Shown: positions 20,861-28,533 of the stretch, piece by piece
Numbering within the stretch: the first letter of the stretch is position 1
Layout: every line of letters begins with the position of its first letter
Assembly (NCBI GenBank): GCA_964439325.1
Contig: CAYTNW010000002.1
Location: forward strand, 31,821-95,820
Direction: 5' to 3'
DNA length: 64,000 bases
Source of the DNA: an uncultured Leptospirales bacterium
GTDB lineage: Bacteria > Spirochaetota > UBA4802 > UBA5550
Made by a program: the position numbers and the translations under genes
The notes under the pieces: generated by a model
What the model was told of the DNA's origin: nothing
Database searches by the model: none
Seen by the model: only the letters and a program-made list of their open reading frames with translations

Positions 20861-22157
20861 CTTTTTCTTCTTTAATGTTATCATTTTTGGAATCTTCATC
20901 CTCTTTACCTTTTTCGACAATCCCTTTATCCTGGAGAGCCTTTCTCGCTGCTTTACGCACTTTACCGCTTGGATCATTGTCCATTTTATATTTTAATATG
21001 TCAATAGTTCTTTGGTCACTGAACTCTTTTATGAGGTTAACGGCTTTAAGCCTTACCGCTGCGTTATCGCTTCTCAGAGAACCCATAAGCAGCTCGACGG
21101 AATCGGTATCCCCCATAGCAACAAGGGTTGCGACAGACTGTATGTAGAGGTCGTAGTATTTTTTCTTTTTATTGAACGAATATGAATCTATCTCTTTCAG
21201 GAGATTTTTTATATCACCAGCCGTCTCTTTCAGCTTTAAAACTGAAATGGATTTTACTGCGAGTGAACGTAATGCGATATCCTCATCATCATTTTTGAAA
21301 ATTTCAAGAAGGAAATCTTTCTGTGCGGCCGATCCGGTGTACCCTATATACATGATAAGTTTTTCACGGATCATTTTTGAGGTTGAGCTGTCTTTCCCTG
21401 CGGTTATCGCTGTATCGAGTATATCCGGCGCCTTGATGTCGTAGAGGGTCGTAATGACCGCGTCGGTGAGGTTTGAATCCAGCTTGAGGTCCTGTTTCCT
21501 GAATAACTCGACAAGCTTCGGTTTTGCGCTTTCAGCCTTCATCCGGCTGAGTGCGTAGCATGCTGCGATTTTGATCTCTTCCGACGGATCGTCGAGGGCC
21601 TTGATCAGGGCCGGTACCGCCGAATCAGCCTTGAGATCTCCGATCTCGGTTACTGCCGCTTTTTTTACCTCGATGTCTGAATCGTTCTCAACAATAAAGA
21701 CAAGTTTCTGCACCAGTCTGTTTTTGACCTGTTCATCCTTTATATCGTTGATCATTATAATAGCCGTTTTACGGTCTTTCTGCATCCCGTAGTCAAGCGT
21801 CGAAGAAATTTTTTCACCCTTCTTTGTATCGTCCCAGGTCTCGGCTTTTTTATCTTCCTTTTTTGTACCGGTTCCCTTCGCCGAGTTGCTGGCATCTGTT
21901 TTTTTGCTGTCTTTACCCGTTGTTTTGTCATTAACAGCGGAGGCGGAATCCTTTTTCACCGGCGAGTCTTTCTTTTGAGTATCGTTTGATGCGGATTTGG
22001 TTTTGTCATCGGCAGGGAGCGCGGTTTTCGAAACTGCCGTACTGTTTTTCTGTTTGTTGCTGATCCCTGTTTCACTCTGGGGATATGCGGATAATGTCAG
22101 GGTCAACATGCAGAGAAGTGATAATGCGCTATAGATAAATTTTTTTTCCTGTTTCAT
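20853..22157 (-). CDS. secreted HEAT-repeat (PBS-lyase-type) protein with K/D/S/T-rich linker
   Basis: Signal peptide MKQEKKFIYSALSLLCMLTLTLSAYPQ, a low-complexity region, then repeated HEAT-like units (VKKAAVTEIGDLKADSAVPALIKALDDPSEEIKIAACYALS; NAAVRLKAVNLI...). Confidence 0.7.
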   Translation of the reverse strand: MKQEKKFIYSALSLLCMLTLTLSAYPQSETGISNKQKNSTAVSKTALPADDKTKSASNDTQKKDSPVKKDSASAVNDKTTGKDSKKTDASNSAKGTGTKKEDKKAETWDDTKKGEKISSTLDYGMQKDRKTAIIMINDIKDEQVKNRLVQKLVFIVENDSDIEVKKAAVTEIGDLKADSAVPALIKALDDPSEEIKIAACYALSRMKAESAKPKLVELFRKQDLKLDSNLTDAVITTLYDIKAPDILDTAITAGKDSSTSKMIREKLIMYIGYTGSAAQKDFLLEIFKNDDEDIALRSLAVKSISVLKLKETAGDIKNLLKEIDSYSFNKKKKYYDLYIQSVATLVAMGDTDSVELLMGSLRSDNAAVRLKAVNLIKEFSDQRTIDILKYKMDNDPSGKVRKAARKALQDKGIVEKGKEDEDSKNDNIKEEKDE

Positions 22158-22453
22158 TTCGAATCCATGTTATAAATTCTGTTATCTGTCCCAATAGATT
22201 AATTATCGGTTTAACCTGTCTGTAAAAAACCATTTTTTACGGGAAAATATACTTTAATGGAAGTATTGGAATGATGGGGAATAAATTATCTGTTACTTAA
22301 AGCCCTCTCCCTCCCCCTTTTGTTTATAGGTAGAGGGGGAGGGTTTCCATGATGCTTTACTTTTTTTGCTGAACTCTGCAAGTTTTGCCGCCAGCCTTCT
22401 CCCGGATTCCATTCGATTGCTCCCGATACTGGAATGGGATCAGGGGGGATATA

Positions 22454-23605
22454 TCAGGGCCGTTCGCCGACCGTAATAAAAAGTGCGACCTTTGTTTTAT
22501 TCCGCCAGACCTCTATTTTCAGCGTTTTCCCTATAGGTGTGTTTTCAACCTCGTTTATCAGATCGCTAAAATTTTTTATCGCATTTCCGTTTACTGACAG
22601 TATTACATCTCCCTGAGTTACACCACCCTTATCAGCAGGCCCCCCATCCGTAACCTGGCCTACCAGTGCGCCGGAATTGTCCTTCATCCCGAGCTCTGCT
22701 GCATATTCCTCTGTCAGAGGGACAATCTGTACTCCTATAAATCCACGTTTTATTTTTTTATGCTTTTTCAGCTGTTCAAGAACGTTCTTCGCGGTGTTTA
22801 TCGGGATTGCGAATCCTATGCCGATATTACCTCCGGTCTGGGAGTATATCATCCTGTTTACCCCTATGACTTCACCAAAGATGTTCAGCAGGGGCCCGCC
22901 GCTGTTTCCGGGATTGATGGATGCGTCGGTCTGTATCTGCGTCTGTGAGCCTCCCATAAGGTCGAGGTCACGTCTGGCGACCGCGCTTATGATTCCAACG
23001 GTAAATGTCCGGTCGAGTCCGAAAGGATTCCCTATAGCTATTGCCCAGTCTCCCACATTCACTGTATCAGAATTTCCGAAATAGACCGGCGTCAGCTTGT
23101 CCCTGGCATTAATCTTTATCAGCGCAAGGTCTGTCCTCTCGTCATAACCTATAACTGTCGCGTCATAACTTGTTTTATCGACCTTTACCTTGACTTTTTC
23201 AACGCCTGCAACGACGTGATAGTTGGTGCAGATATATCCGTCGTCAGAGATAATGAAACCGGTACCGAGACCGGTGCGTTTCTGTGTTTTCGGCTGTTTC
23301 ATCTCCGGACCGAAAAAGTCGCGGAAAAACGGATCGTTTAAAAAGGGATTCTGCTGCATTTTTACTGTCTGTTCCGTACTGATGAACACAACGCTGTTTT
23401 TATTCAGTTCATAGACCTTTTTAAATGCCTCCTGTGCTTTTACCGCATCGGAAACAGAGCTGTCAGCTCTCAGAGGGGATTTGTCCTGTAACCCGAATGA
23501 TGAGTCCTGGCTTTTGCATAGAACACCCGACAGGAATAGCGCAGATGTCAGGGTCAATGTAAAAATAGTAGTAACACTGATGAGAAGTATCCGCTTCTGC
23601 TTCAT
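22454..23605 (-). CDS. htrA: HtrA/DegP-family periplasmic serine protease with one PDZ domain
   Basis: Triad contexts TNYHVV, TDLALIK and GNSGGPL; C-terminal PDZ (GVTQGDVILSVNG). ATG 23605 has AGAGG ~9 nt upstream. The tracked ORF start at 23626 lacks an SD. Confidence 0.9.
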   Translation of the reverse strand: MKQKRILLISVTTIFTLTLTSALFLSGVLCKSQDSSFGLQDKSPLRADSSVSDAVKAQEAFKKVYELNKNSVVFISTEQTVKMQQNPFLNDPFFRDFFGPEMKQPKTQKRTGLGTGFIISDDGYICTNYHVVAGVEKVKVKVDKTSYDATVIGYDERTDLALIKINARDKLTPVYFGNSDTVNVGDWAIAIGNPFGLDRTFTVGIISAVARRDLDLMGGSQTQIQTDASINPGNSGGPLLNIFGEVIGVNRMIYSQTGGNIGIGFAIPINTAKNVLEQLKKHKKIKRGFIGVQIVPLTEEYAAELGMKDNSGALVGQVTDGGPADKGGVTQGDVILSVNGNAIKNFSDLINEVENTPIGKTLKIEVWRNKTKVALFITVGERP

Positions 23606-23639
23606 TTTAAAAACCTCTTTGTTCATATTTTACATTCGT

Positions 23640-23777
23640 CTGAAAAAGTCCCATCAGTGGTCTTTTTCAGTACCGGTTTCGCGTAGTAAATTCGCAAAAC
23701 CTCATATTTTCAAGGCTTCCTGCATTTTGATCAGTCTTGAAAATTGCGATACATCTGACGAACAGGACGTCCTAATG
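23640..23777. repeat. ~140-nt structured intergenic repeat (inverted copy at 36684-36823)
   Basis: It begins with the hairpin ctgaaaaagtcccatcagtggtctttttcag, followed by accggtttcg, an internal hairpin attttcaag/cttgaaaat, and the palindrome-containing acaggacgtcct. Confidence 0.6.
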
Positions 23778-24107
23778 TCGCGAAGGACATGGAAGTCCGT
23801 GAGCGACACTGTATCGCTAATCAGTTTCCTGTTATGCAGGAAACCGATAAGATATTTTTTTCTGATGCTGTAATGATTTGTTTGTTAAAAAATAATTAAA
23901 ATTTGAGTGGGGATTTTTTATTTTTTTATACTTTTTTTAAACTTAGGATCTTTTTTCCGGGCAGGAGAGGAGCAAAATGGAGAGTTTTACCCTCAAAGAG
24001 AAAATCAGGCTGTATATTACTTTACAAAAATTAAACTCTTCAGTAGGCTGAAAACCGGGTATCGGTTTCATTATGTAACTGTCGATTTGAGGAATATATC
24101 GAATATT

Positions 24108-25085
24108 ATGCTTAAAAAAGAGTGGCTGAAGAAGGCTGAAATTTTCGCGTCGCTGGATAATACCGGTCTGGAACTGATATCCGGTTATTCCGGGTTTGTA
24201 ACACTCGGCCCGGGTACTGAAATATTCAAAGAGGGGAGCAGCGCCGGCGTGCTGTACATAGTTGTTTCCGGCTCGGTACAGATACTGAAATATGACCTGT
24301 ACGAAGGGGTGTCAATTATTGCGGAACTGGTTCCGGGAGATATAATCGGAGAACTGGAATTTTTCATGGAATCCCCTTTCAATGCTCTGGGGGTAACGTC
24401 GGGTGAAACGACACTGCTTAGAATTCCCGGCGAGGGGGACAGCTTCCGCGATGTGCTCGAAAAAAATCCCCGCGTTTCTGCGCTGATCTTTTACGAATTT
24501 TTAAAGGTGATATCAGGCCGGATCAGGAGCGCGAACTCTATGGTTATAGAAAACTCCGCGCTGATGCAGGAGCTGAAGCGCCAGGTATACGGCGACAAGC
24601 TCACCGGTCTTTATAACAAGACATATCTTGAAGAGACTCTTCCCGGTTTTATGACCAGCCGCTCCGAACCGGTGGGGCTTCTGCTGATGAAACCTGATAA
24701 TTTTAAATATATAAACGACAATTTCGGTCATGAAGCCGGTGATGAAACTCTGAAGGTAATGGCTGCGGCGCTGAGCCATTTTGTTGGTGATAAGGGGACC
24801 GTTCTTCGTTATATGGGGAATGAGCTGGGGGTGATACTTCCGCGTTTCGGGCGGAATGAATGTTTCAGGGAGGCCGGGCTTATTCTCAGGATGTTCAACA
24901 TGCTTGATATATCCGAAGCAACCGGATCAGATGACGTCAGATTGTCGATGAGCATCGGGATAGCCGTTTTTCCAGGGGATGCCGATATATCGGACGAGTT
25001 GATATCGCTGGCTCATGAACTCCCTCTGATCGGCAGGGCCAGGGGCGGAAATATGATTCTTTTTCCGGAGGAGATTAAAGCCTGA
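24108..25085 (+). CDS. cNMP-binding domain protein with degenerate GGDEF domain (MGNEL)
   Basis: ATG 24108 (MLKKEWLKKAEIFASLD...). cNMP-binding fold (GDIIGELEFF). GGDEF fold (LTGLYNKTYL...FKYINDNFGHEAGD) whose signature reads RYMGNELG. Confidence 0.8.
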   Translation: MLKKEWLKKAEIFASLDNTGLELISGYSGFVTLGPGTEIFKEGSSAGVLYIVVSGSVQILKYDLYEGVSIIAELVPGDIIGELEFFMESPFNALGVTSGETTLLRIPGEGDSFRDVLEKNPRVSALIFYEFLKVISGRIRSANSMVIENSALMQELKRQVYGDKLTGLYNKTYLEETLPGFMTSRSEPVGLLLMKPDNFKYINDNFGHEAGDETLKVMAAALSHFVGDKGTVLRYMGNELGVILPRFGRNECFREAGLILRMFNMLDISEATGSDDVRLSMSIGIAVFPGDADISDELISLAHELPLIGRARGGNMILFPEEIKA

Positions 25086-26092
25086 TGCGTAACACTACCA
25101 ACGGAAGCATATTGAAGCATATATCGATCTTTTCTGATATAAGCGATGACGATCTGAATAAAATCGCATCTGAAATGAAGAGAAAAGAGGGTAAGGCCGG
25201 AGAGCTACTTTTCAGCGAGGGTGATCCGGGCGATGAACTCTTCGTTGTTGTCAGCGGCGGAGTATCGGTCTTTATCACAGATAAGGAGAACAAGGAGGTG
25301 GTCCTCTCTGAAATTATGACTGGAAATTTTTTCGGAGAGATGTCTATTGTTGAACAGGCTCCGAGGTCGGCCAACTGCCGCGTTATTGAAGACAGCGTTT
25401 TTCTGGTAATGCACGCTGACGACTTTATACGGATTATACACACTATGCCGGAATGCGCCGTAAAGATAATGAACAAGATGCTCGGTATAACCGTAAAGCG
25501 CCTGATGAACGTCGGCGCATTCGTAACGCAGATGGTCCAGTGGGGGGCGGAATCGAGAAAACGCGCGATTACCGATCCCGCGACAGGCCTTTTTAACAGG
25601 CGCTACCTCGAGGAATCCCTTGAGGGGCTTGTCAGCAGGGCCAATACCGGCGGTACGAAGCTGAGTTTTGTTATGTTTGACATGGACAGGTTCGGATCAC
25701 TTAATACAAAATACGGGCAGGAGTTCTGTGACGGGCTGATTGTTACTTCGGCAAGGGCCTTCCGCGATGTTTTTACCGAAGATGATATTCTGGTAAGATA
25801 CGGCGGAGATGAGTTCATTTTTATTTTTCCAAACGCCGGGCATGAGAAGGCGCAGGAGAAATGCGATTCTTTATGCCGGGCAATCCGTGACCTCAGGTTT
25901 CCGGAACATCCGGAACTCAGGCTGTCATGCAGCATGGGATTTGCGACTTATCCTGATGATGCGTCAACTGCCGATGAACTGAAGGAGAGATCGGATAAAG
26001 CGCTTTACCGGGCAAAAGAGAAGGGGAGAGACATGGCGCTAGGTTTTGTGCTGGATGTTACCGGCCACCTCGCCGAGTTTATTGAACTCTGA
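25085..26092 (+). CDS. cNMP-binding domain diguanylate cyclase (intact GGDEF)
   Basis: FFGEMSIVEQAPRSA (cNMP-binding), TGLFNRRYL, VRYGGDEFIFIF, ALYRAKEKGRD. Its ATG overlaps the upstream stop (TGATG). Confidence 0.85.
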   Translation: MRNTTNGSILKHISIFSDISDDDLNKIASEMKRKEGKAGELLFSEGDPGDELFVVVSGGVSVFITDKENKEVVLSEIMTGNFFGEMSIVEQAPRSANCRVIEDSVFLVMHADDFIRIIHTMPECAVKIMNKMLGITVKRLMNVGAFVTQMVQWGAESRKRAITDPATGLFNRRYLEESLEGLVSRANTGGTKLSFVMFDMDRFGSLNTKYGQEFCDGLIVTSARAFRDVFTEDDILVRYGGDEFIFIFPNAGHEKAQEKCDSLCRAIRDLRFPEHPELRLSCSMGFATYPDDASTADELKERSDKALYRAKEKGRDMALGFVLDVTGHLAEFIEL

Positions 26093-26098
26093 AAGCAG

Positions 26099-26130
26099 GC
26101 CGGACCTGCAACATCTTCGACAGGCCCGGC
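26099..26130. terminator. GC-rich hairpin between convergent genes
   Basis: gccggacctg-caacatcttcga-caggcccggc (9/10 bp stem). No clear U-run. Confidence 0.35.
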
Positions 26131-26236
26131 ACATCGTCCGGAGGCGGGATGCTTTTCATAAATGATTTAATGATAGTATTATGAGATAGATCCGTTTTAA
26201 TGGCGTTGCTTGCATCTCTCGCCGGTATTATCCTCC

Positions 26237-27142
26237 TCACCTGATTGTTTCAAGTGATTTAATCAGCAGAAAAATGGTGCTGTTACAGGGCATGTCGAGG
26301 CCTTTATTTTTTCCTGCTTCGATAATTGTTCCATTAATACTCTCTATTTCGGTTTTCCTTCCGTTTGTTATATCCTGAAGCATAGAGCACCTGTTCGTTG
26401 ATGTCTTTTCACAGACCTCGCGGGTGGCTTTCAGCATTGCCGGAAACTCCATATTTATACAGTTTGCGGATGCCGCGTTTACGGCTTCCCGCAGAATATT
26501 TTCCATCAGCAAAGCGGCGAAGCTGTTAGAGAGTATCTCCCCGTTAGTAATTCCGAGAATAGCCGCCACCGGATTAATTCCGGCATTAATTACGGCCTTG
26601 TTCCAGAGAAACAGATCCGGATCATCAACGGTGTATGAGTTCAGGTCTACGCTGTTAAGAAGATGGTGTACTTTCAGGACATGGCCCGCTTCCGCTCCGC
26701 CGATGTTTACTACTCCGGCCCCCCCCGCAACCACTGTGGAGTAAGAGGATTTTGACGCTCCGAAGGTGGTGGTACCGTATACGATTCTCTCCGGTTCAAT
26801 AATCTTTCTGATCTCCTCGACATTACCGAGACCGTTCTGCAGAGAAACTATGATCGAACTTTTATTTAAAAAAAATGAAACGTCATCAAGGGCTTCGGCG
26901 GTCGAGTAGCTTTTAACAAAGATAAATACTATTTCTGCGTCCCCCAGAATTTCGGGGGATGTACTGATCTCGGGCTTGATACTCCTTGATGACTCACCCT
27001 TTATCAGGGTAAGACCGTTTTTATTGATTTCCGAGACTGCATCGCCGTTCTTTTCGTATATTACGAAGTCTATCAGATGGTCGTGAAAATAGTGAGCATA
27101 CAGAGAGCCGAGGGCTCCCGCTCCGATAATCCCAACTTTCAT
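26237..27142 (-). CDS. panE: 2-dehydropantoate 2-reductase (ApbA/PanE family)
   Basis: MKVGIIGAGALGSLYA Rossmann N-terminus, with length and C-terminal domain typical of PanE. Confidence 0.8.
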   Translation of the reverse strand: MKVGIIGAGALGSLYAHYFHDHLIDFVIYEKNGDAVSEINKNGLTLIKGESSRSIKPEISTSPEILGDAEIVFIFVKSYSTAEALDDVSFFLNKSSIIVSLQNGLGNVEEIRKIIEPERIVYGTTTFGASKSSYSTVVAGGAGVVNIGGAEAGHVLKVHHLLNSVDLNSYTVDDPDLFLWNKAVINAGINPVAAILGITNGEILSNSFAALLMENILREAVNAASANCINMEFPAMLKATREVCEKTSTNRCSMLQDITNGRKTEIESINGTIIEAGKNKGLDMPCNSTIFLLIKSLETIR

Positions 27143-27329
27143 AAATTCACCTTTTTCAAGTTTTTTAAATTACCTGTATTTTCTTCATATTCATAGTACG
27201 GTTAACAGATGGAAATTTTTTAACAAAAAACCGTTATAAAATTTTTTTGATCTGTCCTGTAATTGAAACTATTAATATAAATGTTTTTGTTGCCGGAGTC
27301 AAATTTTTCTTTTAAAACATCGGGGTAAT

Positions 27330-27353
27330 TATAGCATTTCACGAAATGATTTA
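27330..27353. repeat. solo copy of the MITE terminal repeat (tatagcatttcacgaaatgattta)
   Basis: Near-identical to the left end of element B (tatagcacattacgaaatgatta at 28174). Confidence 0.5.
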
Positions 27354-27540
27354 AATAGTTGGCAGCTGTACTATTAAATCACCGGCAGAGTGTAGAGAAG
27401 CGGGCAGATTTTGACAAGAATATCAGGAATTTAATTGATTTTTTTACCGCATTCGACATAATCATAACATTAGCGGATTGTGTAACAGGATTGGCCTTTC
27501 GTTAATACAGAATAATATAAAATAATAAGGAGTTAAGTAA

Positions 27541-28026
27541 ATGAAAAAGTATATTGTGGTGTTGTTTGTCTCACTTGCTATGGTTATGTCTGGACTTTCA
27601 TTCAGTGCAATGGCAAAAGACAGTTCCAAAGACAGTAAAAAAACTGTAGCCGATGACAAGAAAGCGGACAAGAAAAAGGATAAGAAAGACAAAAAAGACA
27701 AAAAAGACAAAAAAGATAAAGAAGACGACAAAGACTCAAAAAAAGACAAAAAGGATAAAAAGGACAAAAAAGACAAGGAAGACGATAAAGACTCAAAGAA
27801 AGACAAAAAGGATAAAAAAGATAAAGAAGACGATAAAGCTTCAAAGAAAGAAGACAAGAAAAAAGATGATAAAAAAGAAGCTAAAGCAGCAAAACACACA
27901 AAAACCGCTGATGAGAAAGAACTGAGGGTGGATGAAAAAGGACGCCAGATCTATGAAGGACCAAGAGGGGGACAGTATTATTATACAGATCATGGTACAA
28001 AAGTGTATCTGAAGAAGGACAAATAA
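27541..28026 (+). CDS. secreted K/D-rich tandem-repeat protein with C-terminal GPRGGxYY motif (PBCV-basic-adaptor-like)
   Basis: AAGGAG 8 nt upstream. Signal peptide MKKYIVVLFVSLAMVMSGLSFSAMA. Repeats KKDKKDKKDKKDKEDDKDS. C-terminus GRQIYEGPRGGQYYYTDHGTKVYLKKDK. Confidence 0.7.
   Translation: MKKYIVVLFVSLAMVMSGLSFSAMAKDSSKDSKKTVADDKKADKKKDKKDKKDKKDKKDKEDDKDSKKDKKDKKDKKDKEDDKDSKKDKKDKKDKEDDKASKKEDKKKDDKKEAKAAKHTKTADEKELRVDEKGRQIYEGPRGGQYYYTDHGTKVYLKKDK
27655..27870 (+). repeat. in-frame purine-rich tandem repeat (~60-nt unit built from 9-nt aaagacaaa-type subunits)
   Basis: gacaaaaaagacaaaaaagacaaaaaagataaagaagacgacaaagactcaaaa recurs about three times with small variations. Confidence 0.7.
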
Positions 28027-28173
28027 AATTACCGCCGGCTGCAGGAGATGTAACAGTTTTCTGTAGCCGGACACATATAATCTTTCCATTTAACAACTTT
28101 TCAACAGAATTTATATATCTCCAGATGCATTATCCGATATTTAATACTTCGTTTACATACTTTTTTCTTAAAT

Positions 28174-28341
28174 TATAGCACATTACGAAATGATTAGAAC
28201 ATTGTCATTCCAGCCGTAGCGACAGCGAAGAGCCGGGATCCACTTTTTTTAAAAGGATTAGATCAGCCAGGGCTCTTCCTCCGGTCGCCCGCCTTCGCGA
28301 GGATGACATCAAGAGTATTAATTCAATCGTAAACCGCTATA
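28174..28341. mobile_element. MITE-like non-coding element B with TATAGC-type terminal inverted repeats
   Basis: Left end tatagcacattacgaaatgatta; right end reverse complement tatagcggtttacgattgaatta (17/23). The interior is two inverted GC-rich units (gtcattccagcc...gaagagccggg / agccagggctcttcc...gaggatgac). Confidence 0.55.
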
Positions 28342-28533
28342 GTGTAAAACCTGCGGGTCTTTATAGCCCATAATAGATATTATTTAAATAGAGATATGAT
28401 TTTTTCTAAAAAAAAGATGAAAAATAAATAAAAAGCCTAAATGGGCTTTTTATTTATTGACATTTATTATTTAAAATATTTAATGGTTATGAATCGATAA
28501 TATAAAAAAGTATGAATAAACAGAGGTATCGAT

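Noticed and set aside
20861-20977. The long N-terminal extension of the membrane-protein ORF 20438-20977.
   Set aside because: It lies inside the HEAT-repeat gene in another frame. The internal ATG at 20860 gives a compact 8-nt overlap typical of coupled genes.
22385-22616. Two small plus-strand ORFs (70 and 60 aa) overlapping the htrA 3' end.
   Set aside because: They are antisense to the conserved PDZ-coding region and have no independent support.
23481-23873. A plus-strand 130-aa ORF spanning the htrA 5' end and the intergenic repeat. A similar case is 36770-36979.
   Set aside because: They cover a repeat present in opposite orientations at the two loci, so no frame is conserved. They have no SD and partly overlap supported genes.
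27462-28096. Minus-strand and alternative-frame ORFs over the K/D-rich gene (the FLSFLSFLS... 145-aa ORF and others).
   Set aside because: These are mirror translations of a purine-rich repeat. Only the plus-strand frame has an AAGGAG SD, a signal peptide and a structured non-repetitive C-terminus.
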